A stretch of 64,000 bases of DNA. It comes from a virus. The first letter of the stretch is position 1. Each line of letters begins with the position of its first letter. Of this stretch, positions 8,076 through 16,831 are shown one piece after another. The position numbers and the translations under genes are program-made. Below the pieces are notes generated by a model. The model did no database searches and had not been told where the DNA came from. It worked only from the letters and a program-made list of their open reading frames with translations. The DNA is taken from IMG/VR virus record IMGVR_UViG_3300027126_000006; one strand, written 5' to 3'.

Positions 8076-10268
8076 TTATTTGTGGCGGCGGGCGCCAGAT
8101 GTTGAACCTTTTGGTCGTCCGCGACCACGTTTCTCTGTTGGTACTTCAGCTTTCTCACTGTCTTTTTCATATCCTGCCACGGCACCTAAATTCTCAATTT
8201 TAGAGCCGCTTGGTGTATGCGTTACCTTACGCCCAGTGCCCTCTTTATCAACAACAGTATAAGAAGCTTTTTTGTCTGTATATTTATGATCGATTACAGC
8301 ATTGCCGGCTCGACGATGAGCGTAAATTTTATCAGTGAAATCGACGTATGAAATCATTCCTTCGTTGGTTTGCTCAACTTCCTCATCAACCTTCTTCTTC
8401 ATTTGAGCTTCTTTTGACGCACGTGTACGTGCAACGGCAGCGTGGTGAGCAATGGCGGCTTTTTGCATTAGCAGTTCAAACGACCCAGCAGTTGTTCCAT
8501 CTGGACGTTTGCCAGTAACTGGATCTCTACTTGACAATTCGTCGTGATAGGTTTCCGTCAGGTCCGTTTCTTCTTTTGCATATTCGAGCTTACGTTGTGT
8601 AATTGTATGGCCAGCAGCTTTTAGCTCTTTCTCGTGAGCAGCAGCTGACTTTGCTGTGAAGTGAGTGGCCCAGTGTGACTTGCCAGTCTTAGCGTCTTTC
8701 CAGTGAATAGTTACGCCAGTTGGATTGCCTTCTTCTTGGGTTAGTTCAACTTCTTCAGGTAACTTACCCTTTGGACCAGCAACACCACCTTGACTCTTGG
8801 TGAACTTCATCTTGTCTTTCAGTAATTCTGTTCCGCGATCAAACTCTCTCTTTTTGCCAGCAGCAGTTTTGTTGAAACTTGTTCTGCTACCACGTCCAGC
8901 TAGATCATTATGAGGATTCATGTTTCTCTGAAAGGCTTCTTCAACTTCTTCTGTTCTAAAGTAATTTTTTTCTTGAGGATCACGAATTTTATCAACTTTA
9001 TGATCTGGATAATCAGACTTAGCCTTTTCTGCAGCGTCTGAAGGAGTAAGAGCGCTAACTCTTACTACTTTTTTACCTTCTTTTGGATGACGGAGAACTA
9101 CATGATATTCAACATCAGCACCTTCTTCCAACTCTTCTTCTCTAACAACACCACGCTTAACAAGAACGTCTTTATGAGTGATCTTATCTTTTGGTTCAGC
9201 AGCTGCAGCAAGATCCTTCTCACGCTCTGTCTTTGGTACAGTGTGTGATTTGGCCTCTTCTACTTCCTCAACGTCTTCAGCAACCTTCTTGGCAGTAGCT
9301 GTGGCAATGGCCATCTTCTTTGCCATTGGCATGTCTGGATTCTCGCGCTCAATTGCTTTAGCAACTTCCTCGCGCTTTTTCATCTCAGCAGGAGTAAGCT
9401 TCTTTTCATCTAGTGATGTAAAATCTGAACTATTGCTAATTGCAGCAATGTATCGATCCATTGGGTTCATTGTAGTTACCTCTTCTTTGACTATCTGAGT
9501 GGTGTCGGATTGTAGTGTTTCTTCTTGCATAGATTTCAATTCTGCCTGCAACTCTTTAACTTTAGCATCATTTCCTTTTTGCTTATAACTAGCAATGAGA
9601 TTTTTCAGACTAGCGATCTTATCTTTGTTCATTGTTTCTTTGGCGCCTGGACTCCAGTCTTGGCCTTCCACTACACCTTGCTCTGGTAATACGCCTTTAG
9701 GACCAGCTAAACCACCTTTTTTCTGTGTATACTTCATCAGTGATTTAAGGCGCTCTTGACTTCCACGTTCATCGGCACTTAATTTACCAGACTTCAAACG
9801 ATTGCCCACTGGGTTAACTCGGCGATAACTCAATTCATCGTTGAAGTTAGGATTCTTTACAGTATCACTGTGCCCTTTCCAAACTTCCGACACACCTTGC
9901 TGTTCTTTAACAATCTCACCTGTACCACTCTTGATCTTGAATCCTTTTGATTCTGGAGTAGCTTTGTAGTGTTGGCTGTTGAACTTATAGTGGACAGGCT
10001 TACCAGACTTCTTAGCAAGGTGATGCATATGATCACCAAAGTCACGAATGTCAACCCATGTGTGAGCTGTATGAGGATCTGATTCGGTACCGGATCCACC
10101 TTTCACGAGCTTCTTGCCGTCAGCAGACTCTTCTACTGTTTCTAGTTCTTCTTTTGCTAGAGCTGGACACTTACCACCTTGTGATGGAGGAACGTGGACA
10201 GTTCCACATCGACCACACATAGTTGCTTTTGCTTCAGCAATACCAAGCAATTCCTTGAAAGTCTTCAT
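8076..10268 (-). CDS. Large charged putative internal head protein (modular, AT-hook)
   Basis: MKTFKELLGIAE capsid-targeting-like start, repeated KGGxAGPKGxLPE, many L/V-x-E sites, C-terminal RGRGRPKG. Confidence 0.6.
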   Translation of the reverse strand: MKTFKELLGIAEAKATMCGRCGTVHVPPSQGGKCPALAKEELETVEESADGKKLVKGGSGTESDPHTAHTWVDIRDFGDHMHHLAKKSGKPVHYKFNSQHYKATPESKGFKIKSGTGEIVKEQQGVSEVWKGHSDTVKNPNFNDELSYRRVNPVGNRLKSGKLSADERGSQERLKSLMKYTQKKGGLAGPKGVLPEQGVVEGQDWSPGAKETMNKDKIASLKNLIASYKQKGNDAKVKELQAELKSMQEETLQSDTTQIVKEEVTTMNPMDRYIAAISNSSDFTSLDEKKLTPAEMKKREEVAKAIERENPDMPMAKKMAIATATAKKVAEDVEEVEEAKSHTVPKTEREKDLAAAAEPKDKITHKDVLVKRGVVREEELEEGADVEYHVVLRHPKEGKKVVRVSALTPSDAAEKAKSDYPDHKVDKIRDPQEKNYFRTEEVEEAFQRNMNPHNDLAGRGSRTSFNKTAAGKKREFDRGTELLKDKMKFTKSQGGVAGPKGKLPEEVELTQEEGNPTGVTIHWKDAKTGKSHWATHFTAKSAAAHEKELKAAGHTITQRKLEYAKEETDLTETYHDELSSRDPVTGKRPDGTTAGSFELLMQKAAIAHHAAVARTRASKEAQMKKKVDEEVEQTNEGMISYVDFTDKIYAHRRAGNAVIDHKYTDKKASYTVVDKEGTGRKVTHTPSGSKIENLGAVAGYEKDSEKAEVPTEKRGRGRPKGSTSGARRHK

Positions 10269-10718
10269 TTAGGCTCCAATTCCTACTAGGGACGATCTAA
10301 TCACCCATCTATGTTTTGAATGAGTATCTATTCTACCAGCCAAGAAATCCATTAGACCTTGGTTGCCAATAGATTCTGCAACAGCAAATGATTTATTTAG
10401 GCTTTCCATAACTTCGTCATTTGCTGTTAGTAAGTTATTCAGCATTCCACGAACATCAACTGGTTTAACCATATCTTCTGGTAAGGTACCAGCATCTAAT
10501 AAGTTAGAAATGCTTATAGGAGCATACCCATCTACTTTCCGAATATGCTCAGCAATATCATCAACAGCGCCATGTAGCTCACTATAAAGGTCGCCAAAGA
10601 AATCATGATACAGAGAAAAAAGCACACCTTCTACGTTCCAATGATATGAGTGGGTCTTAAAATACATTACAAATGTGTTGGCTAGTACTACCCTCAACGC
10701 AGCTTGGATTTCGTTCAT
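10269..10718 (-). CDS. dps: Dps family ferritin-like protein
   Basis: HWNVEG...HDFFGDLY...DDIAEHIR ferroxidase motifs. Confidence 0.92.
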   Translation of the reverse strand: MNEIQAALRVVLANTFVMYFKTHSYHWNVEGVLFSLYHDFFGDLYSELHGAVDDIAEHIRKVDGYAPISISNLLDAGTLPEDMVKPVDVRGMLNNLLTANDEVMESLNKSFAVAESIGNQGLMDFLAGRIDTHSKHRWVIRSSLVGIGA

Positions 10719-10720
10719 TA

Positions 10721-12568
10721 TTATTCACCTTTAGTAACAGCAGGATGTGATAACCTCTCATTCTCAATCTTACGAATGTTTGGTACTAGTCTCATTGCTA
10801 GTCTATCAATTAGAGCTTTGCGCTTGGAGAGCATGGCTTCTACTCTTTCCTTTTCAGCAACAGACATTGCACTAACAGGCTTCTTCATGATTCGTTCTTT
10901 TAGCATGTTGATAGCTACTCTACGAGCTCTCTTAGCAATGGTCTTGGAATCGGATCTACGTCTTAGTACTACTTGCAAGCGACGACTGCGCTTTGATTGT
11001 GTTCTTATGAATCTGATACGAGCACGAATTCTTTCAGATCTTGATAGTACCTCATTAAGAACTTCTTCATTGACTCCTTCAATCTCACACTCTTCACCTG
11101 TATCTTGGTCTACAATGCAAACTTCATTGTCATCGTATGCGTCAAGAATGTCATCTTCGTGATCTACTGTAGAAGCCATTTGATCTAGAGCTTTATCATC
11201 TAGATCAACCTCAGCCTCTTCTTTGATATCTTCTTTATCGTCTTCGCCCTTTTTGAATACAATTCTGTGAGCTTTGTATTTGCGGCCAGCTTTATCTACT
11301 TTATAATCAGATGTGTCTTCAACATCTTCCTTTTCACTTTCCGTAACTTGCACTTGTTCAGTCTTATATCTCACTTTCATATGACGTGTGGTATCACCAT
11401 CTGATGAGTGAAGAGAATGACCAACCTCCGAAGGTACAACTGACCCATCAACAGTCTTTTTTGACTTGACGAAATCTGATAGCCTCATAATACCACGAGC
11501 GGCTGCGTAATCAGTACTTGGATCAATGTCTGTTGATTCTTCTTTAGCTTCTGCAACTGCTTTAGGTAACATATTTGTATCAACCTTTACGCCTACTTCT
11601 TGGGCAAGTGCAACCATCTTACGAATGACACCAACTAGCTCTGGTGTCATTCTCTTGTTCTTTACTGACTTTAGACCAGCTGCAATTGCTTGCTCTGGAG
11701 ACTTTTTCTCAGCATCCTCAACACCAAGCATGTCAGCAATTACACGAGCTACCTTGATCTTATCAGCTGATTTGATAGTTTTGTCTGTTAGTTCTTCTTT
11801 TTGCAAGATTTTTGCAGTACCAACCATCTGATCTTTAGGTTCGATTGGTTTTGTATTCTTTTCTTGCTCTTTACGCTTCATCATTGCATTGTAAGCAACT
11901 GATCCCTTTCGAGGCGTCTTTGCGCCGTAACTAAATGGACCAGCTTCATCTAACTCCGTCTCTTCGTTAACATTCTTTGATGATCTAATCATTTTTTGAA
12001 GTCGGATTGCGCGCATTTTGACTGCAAGAGGGTGGCCAGCAGTCACTCTTCTCTTGCTAGCTGGCACACTATTAATCTTTTGCTGCACTTCTTTTTCAGC
12101 ATTAGAAAGCTCTTCATCTGACATTTTACTAAGAGGCTTTGCTTCATCTAACTGATTGCCTTGTGGATCATAAGAGTCTGACATCTCTGCTCCTGCAGTT
12201 TCTGGATTATACTTTGTCATAAGGTCCTGCAACTCATGTTGATGGGTGTGCCAATAATCTTGGTGGTGAATAAATTCGCCAATAGGTAAAAGCGCATCCC
12301 TTGCAGCCCTATGTGCCAGCACCCACCTTTTAATTTCTTTCTCGTCAGGTGATTGACCTTGCTCAAGGTGCATGTCGTTTAGCTTCATGTACATGTCAGT
12401 GGCTTTCAGTGCCATTAACACCTCACGTGGATGTTGATCACCCATCCGTTCAATTGTATCTTGAAAAGCTTTCACGGAGTCTTCAGAGTGATGTAAGTTC
12501 TTTGTTGTAAACCCTCTAAAACTTACTTCAGAAGGAGCATATCCTGGTTTGATATCTTCATTAATCAC
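10721..12568 (-). CDS. Large modular putative internal head protein with Arg-rich C-terminus
   Basis: Acidic linkers ending LDEA/LNEV/IKEE; basic helix RSERIRARIRFIRTQSKRSRR. Confidence 0.55.
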   Translation of the reverse strand: MINEDIKPGYAPSEVSFRGFTTKNLHHSEDSVKAFQDTIERMGDQHPREVLMALKATDMYMKLNDMHLEQGQSPDEKEIKRWVLAHRAARDALLPIGEFIHHQDYWHTHQHELQDLMTKYNPETAGAEMSDSYDPQGNQLDEAKPLSKMSDEELSNAEKEVQQKINSVPASKRRVTAGHPLAVKMRAIRLQKMIRSSKNVNEETELDEAGPFSYGAKTPRKGSVAYNAMMKRKEQEKNTKPIEPKDQMVGTAKILQKEELTDKTIKSADKIKVARVIADMLGVEDAEKKSPEQAIAAGLKSVKNKRMTPELVGVIRKMVALAQEVGVKVDTNMLPKAVAEAKEESTDIDPSTDYAAARGIMRLSDFVKSKKTVDGSVVPSEVGHSLHSSDGDTTRHMKVRYKTEQVQVTESEKEDVEDTSDYKVDKAGRKYKAHRIVFKKGEDDKEDIKEEAEVDLDDKALDQMASTVDHEDDILDAYDDNEVCIVDQDTGEECEIEGVNEEVLNEVLSRSERIRARIRFIRTQSKRSRRLQVVLRRRSDSKTIAKRARRVAINMLKERIMKKPVSAMSVAEKERVEAMLSKRKALIDRLAMRLVPNIRKIENERLSHPAVTKGE

Positions 12569-13355
12569 TTTGACCTACCTCGTGTAACCACTTAGATACA
12601 AGAACACCATTTTCATCTTTACAGAGCAGATGATTGGTGCCGCGCTTGACTATTGTAAACTTCTCTCCATTGATAGACTCTACAATGTCACCAAGGTTAA
12701 AAATCTTTCCTTGGAAATAGTCTTCTCGTAAAGAGTCTACAATGAACTTAACTTGTTCTTTGATAACTTCCAGACCCATTCCTTGACGAACGTCATTCAT
12801 CAAACGTCTTGCGTCAATTTCCCTCATTGTTGTAGGAAGACCTTGCTTGAATGAATTGAAGTCACCCTTTGATGCAAACGCTCTCATTTTGGATGCTGAC
12901 ATACCTGATGTGTCATCAGCATCTGGATCACGTTCACCAGCTGATACTACCTTGACGGAATCAAAGTTGAATAGGTCGCCATTGTACTTAGCTAGAATTC
13001 TTTGGTACTCAGGCACCCTATCTGATCCTGCAACCATGATCAGATTCTTATAACGAGTGTTGAGGTATTTGGCTACTTCAATGAACGTCCTCTGCTCATC
13101 ATTAGCGCCAACAAAATGAGTGTCAGGAAACATCAAGTTCAAGTATTTGATCTTGGCTTCTACTGATAGTGGATTCTTCTTGGGATCTTGGGACCGCGAA
13201 GCGTAGATGACATGGTCGGCACGATTTTGCTTGGCAAGCTTCTTAACAAACTGCACGAGCAATTGGTGACCTGTTGTAGGTGGATTGAATCTACCAAAGG
13301 CAAAAACAACTGTCTTTGATGGCAGGGATTCCACTAAACTGCGGTATGATTTCAT
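12561..13355 (-). CDS. Cytidylyltransferase/NMN adenylyltransferase-like (HIGH superfamily)
   Basis: FGRFNPPTTGH, SQDPKKNPLS, GSDR, SASKMR. Confidence 0.85.
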   Translation of the reverse strand: MKSYRSLVESLPSKTVVFAFGRFNPPTTGHQLLVQFVKKLAKQNRADHVIYASRSQDPKKNPLSVEAKIKYLNLMFPDTHFVGANDEQRTFIEVAKYLNTRYKNLIMVAGSDRVPEYQRILAKYNGDLFNFDSVKVVSAGERDPDADDTSGMSASKMRAFASKGDFNSFKQGLPTTMREIDARRLMNDVRQGMGLEVIKEQVKFIVDSLREDYFQGKIFNLGDIVESINGEKFTIVKRGTNHLLCKDENGVLVSKWLHEVGQSD

Positions 13356-13386
13356 TTAATCCATTTATAAAGTGTTGTGATTGTAT

Positions 13387-13394
13387 TATTTATA
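13387..13394 (-). promoter_or_regulatory. T4-type late promoter TATAAATA
   Basis: Exact consensus, intergenic, upstream of the nucleotidyltransferase. Confidence 0.75.
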
Positions 13395-13406
13395 TATTTC
13401 TAATCT

Positions 13407-14735
13407 TTAAGTCAACTCTTCCCAGTTTATAGATCCAACTATAGTGGGATTTTGAGATGTGGTTGACGCAGCCAAAATAAACTCATAATAGAGTTTTGGT
13501 GTTGATAGTGAATTACGTTCTAATTGGAATGCGAATGGAAATATTTGTGTACTTGGAGCAGCTACAGACTGGTTGGTTGCTAATATATACCCCTGCTCAT
13601 ATACTGATTGAGTTGAAGTGATACTTGTAGCAGTTAAGTTATACTCAACGGAGCTATCGTTCCCAGCAGATACCCAAGTACCACCAGATGATACACCTTG
13701 AATTATCGCCCACATATAGTTAGCAGATGTTAGTGGAGCTAGAGAAAAGTTCTTTGGAAGAACAATGGCACCATCTCTTCCTGCTTTAAGGCGAATGGAT
13801 AGTATTGGATATAGTGTATTTGTAGTGCCAAGGGTGACAGGATTATTTAGTAAGTGACCAACTGATGTTGGTCGGCCCCTCAATTCAAAGCCACCTTCGG
13901 AAATAATGGTAGAGCAAATCTCTCTATATGTACTTGAACTAACAGTAGTCCCAATATTTGTAATCTCTGTTCTTAGGGGTAAACACCCTGTTCCCATGTA
14001 TGTTGTGGTTAAAGGGACACCTGTAGACACCTCTGTATTTGCATTATGGAAAGTATGGCAGTGGATAAACGCACCATCATACACAAACCCACAACGAACG
14101 GACCCAACACCAAGCCACTCAATATCAAACCATAGAATTTGAACTCGATCTAAATCTAGTTGGGGGAATGTATTTTCAGACCAATTTCCTTGAGCAACCT
14201 TTCTTTCAACGGGAGTACCATTGACAGAGCTGGACCTTAGTACAAAATAGGCTGTACCGTTACTACGCTCAAGATACAACCCATTATTAACATCAAAATA
14301 TCCTCTGCGCTGTCGAAGATTAGTTTTATCGGAGTTCATACAGAATGTAGTCATGATTTGTAGACTTTTGCCCGGTTGATAAGCAAACACTCTATTAGTT
14401 TCGCGAACAATACTATCGCCGTTTGCCGTACCTATTGTTAAAGCGATAGTACTAGAATTTGCATCATGAGTGATCGAAGCTGTTCCACTTGTATATGCTG
14501 ATGATTTACTGTTGTCCTGATATTTGTGGGATGCGTCATATAACGTGAAAGGATTTGATACTCTCAGACGACCAAAAGCATCTGATTGTGTTGGGTCAAA
14601 GAAGCTAGTGTCGGCAGTACCTTGAACAAATATTGGGTTAGTGTCTGAATTTACAGTAGTATTTTTGGAAACTGGTAAAGGATTGCCAGAGTCATTCTTG
14701 ACTTCACCGTCATATGGTTTAAACAAATATGTCAT
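13407..14735 (-). CDS. Virion structural protein (lectin/jelly-roll-like)
   Basis: DAFGRLRVSNPFTLYD, YQPGKS, EWLGVGSVRCG; Ser/Thr-rich. Confidence 0.7.
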   Translation of the reverse strand: MTYLFKPYDGEVKNDSGNPLPVSKNTTVNSDTNPIFVQGTADTSFFDPTQSDAFGRLRVSNPFTLYDASHKYQDNSKSSAYTSGTASITHDANSSTIALTIGTANGDSIVRETNRVFAYQPGKSLQIMTTFCMNSDKTNLRQRRGYFDVNNGLYLERSNGTAYFVLRSSSVNGTPVERKVAQGNWSENTFPQLDLDRVQILWFDIEWLGVGSVRCGFVYDGAFIHCHTFHNANTEVSTGVPLTTTYMGTGCLPLRTEITNIGTTVSSSTYREICSTIISEGGFELRGRPTSVGHLLNNPVTLGTTNTLYPILSIRLKAGRDGAIVLPKNFSLAPLTSANYMWAIIQGVSSGGTWVSAGNDSSVEYNLTATSITSTQSVYEQGYILATNQSVAAPSTQIFPFAFQLERNSLSTPKLYYEFILAASTTSQNPTIVGSINWEELT

Positions 14736-15643
14736 ATAATCCTCCAGCCATTCCTATAAATCATTTGTACAGCACCGTTATTGATTTGAATGATGAATCC
14801 CCCTGAATCATTGTCTACATTTCCAACTACTGTGATAGGATTAGTTTCAGCATTGCCAGATTCGTCTTTGATGATAACTACTCTTCCAGAGCTTGGATTA
14901 GATGGTAGTGTGATCGTGGTGGGCCCATTATAGTTAACACCAACATAATAATCCTCGTTACTAACCGTGTATGTTGGAGATTCGACAAGATATGTTGTGT
15001 ATACAACGTCATGTGGGTTAACTTCTGCAAACTCAAACTTCTTTGTAGAGTCATTATACCTCAAATACCTCATATCATAAATTGTTGGACGATCTACGTC
15101 ATCCAACCACCTAAGATTAACTTCACCGCCTCCGGGGCCGGTTGCAGCGATCTTTCCAATCCACTGCTCCATAAATTTAAGTTTATCTTGGATTGCCTTT
15201 AGCGTGGGATCTACAGGATCGGGGTTGGGCTGTTGGAACGATGCATTCTGTTTTATATACTTGTCAATAATATCCATTGGCACCTGTTCACTGGCAGGCT
15301 TAACCTCAGGCACAATCACTTCTGTTAGTACCCTATCCTCAACAAGTTTCTCAGGTATTAACTCACCTACAATTTCAGGTCCTTGTGCTGGAGGTGGGGG
15401 ATTCTCTTTTGCAATGACGGGCGCCGGTTTAGTTTCCTTGAGCTGACCAAACAATCCAGCAATGTCTTCCTGAGCTCGTTTTCTAACTTCCTTCAACATC
15501 TGAGCTTTAGGGTCTTTAGCTTTTTGTTCAGAAACGGCAGAAAGGAAGTCTCCAAGGCTGGCCTTAGATTCTTCCCTTACTTGTTGTTTCTGTTTCTTGC
15601 CGTCAGCAAGAATTTTCAAAAAGCTGTTTAGGTCGTCACTCAT
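14732..15643 (-). CDS. Hypothetical virion-associated protein
   Basis: GGGEVNLRWLDDVD motif and fiber-type C-terminal beta domain (ITLP...IIKDESG). Confidence 0.6.
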   Translation of the reverse strand: MSDDLNSFLKILADGKKQKQQVREESKASLGDFLSAVSEQKAKDPKAQMLKEVRKRAQEDIAGLFGQLKETKPAPVIAKENPPPPAQGPEIVGELIPEKLVEDRVLTEVIVPEVKPASEQVPMDIIDKYIKQNASFQQPNPDPVDPTLKAIQDKLKFMEQWIGKIAATGPGGGEVNLRWLDDVDRPTIYDMRYLRYNDSTKKFEFAEVNPHDVVYTTYLVESPTYTVSNEDYYVGVNYNGPTTITLPSNPSSGRVVIIKDESGNAETNPITVVGNVDNDSGGFIIQINNGAVQMIYRNGWRII

Positions 15644-16055
15644 CTTTCTTCCAAGATTTTACATAATTCCAACCAGCAGTAGGACCAAACCGCTTTTCGT
15701 TCTCGTTTGGTTCTTTATCCCTTATGTACTTATCTACTTGTCTGACCTTACCTGTAGGACCAAAATGAGAGATTGTAAATCGAAGCATCGTCTCGGGCCG
15801 TACTCTACCATCTGGAGTAGTATGGGCGTGCGGGAAGTATGGATACACCTCCACTGTATGAAATCCAACTCTATCTACACCATGCTTCCAAGCCTTATGC
15901 CATGTTGAATAGTCTTTCAACCAAGGGTGCTTTGATAGTGAGGTAAAAGCACCCTTTCCAATCAAACCAGGAAGGTCTGTGTCTCGCACTTGCTCCATTG
16001 GCTTATGCTCGGTAGACACCTTAGCTTCTTTGAAATATTGTAGGAATGATAGCAT
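15636..16055 (-). CDS. Hypothetical protein with capsid-targeting-like N-terminus
   Basis: MLSFLQYFKEA start. Confidence 0.55.
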   Translation of the reverse strand: MLSFLQYFKEAKVSTEHKPMEQVRDTDLPGLIGKGAFTSLSKHPWLKDYSTWHKAWKHGVDRVGFHTVEVYPYFPHAHTTPDGRVRPETMLRFTISHFGPTGKVRQVDKYIRDKEPNENEKRFGPTAGWNYVKSWKKDE

Positions 16056-16064
16056 GACTGTTCC

Positions 16065-16487
16065 TTACCAGGCCTTACAGCTCCAATAACGAGCCTTGTC
16101 CTTTGGACCTGGATCATCGCAATTGTGACGAGCGCGGAAAGATTTCCTGCGTGCAGGAATGTTCTTCTTGATTGTCATGTTTGGGTCACCAAAATTTACT
16201 TTGACGATGTTTCCCTTTGCATTCTTAACATATACCTTTGACTTCTTAACATCGCCAGGCATAGGTTTGTTGAGAGTGACCTCACGACCTTGGTATTCTG
16301 CTTCTTCAATGGAAACGATTTCACCTTCAGAACCATCTTCAAATATAAACCCATCGCCGACAGCCATATCTTCAGGAATGCAGTTTGGCACTTCCTTACC
16401 GTTCTTTTTCTTCATTCCAAGTTGACGATATCCAGTCCAGCAAGGATCTTTTTCTTTCTCGGAAAGGTACTCTTTGAATGATATCAT
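16065..16487 (-). CDS. Conserved T4-like basic protein with capsid-targeting-like N-terminus
   Basis: MISFKEYLSE; CWTGY...KEVPNC; KSFRARHNC...ARYWSC. Confidence 0.7.
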   Translation of the reverse strand: MISFKEYLSEKEKDPCWTGYRQLGMKKKNGKEVPNCIPEDMAVGDGFIFEDGSEGEIVSIEEAEYQGREVTLNKPMPGDVKKSKVYVKNAKGNIVKVNFGDPNMTIKKNIPARRKSFRARHNCDDPGPKDKARYWSCKAW

Positions 16488-16831
16488 TTTGGTGCCTCAG
16501 TTGTCTTAACAGGAGCTTGCTGCTTTACAACAACATTGTTTCGTTGTGCCCATGCGCGTTGTGTCGCTAAGATTTCCATCAAGATCTGGCGCTGCTCCTT
16601 CTGCTCATCTTGCATCTCTTTTTGCTCGCGTTGCATAATGATAGTTCTTTCGTCGATTCGACTCTTGAACTCTGCTGTCGTTTCAATTCTGGATTCACCA
16701 CGAGAAACCTTGTCTTTGAGCTCAGCTACTTGCATGGTTGTTTGTCCCCAAGCAACGCCTCCTGCAACAAGAGCACTAAAAATGAACCAATATTGTTTAA
16801 GCCATTCTACGATTGCATTCATCTTTGCCAT
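16484..16831 (-). CDS. Membrane-anchored coiled-coil protein (holin-like candidate)
   Basis: Single N-terminal TM helix followed by coiled coil. Confidence 0.5.
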   Translation of the reverse strand: MAKMNAIVEWLKQYWFIFSALVAGGVAWGQTTMQVAELKDKVSRGESRIETTAEFKSRIDERTIIMQREQKEMQDEQKEQRQILMEILATQRAWAQRNNVVVKQQAPVKTTEAPK

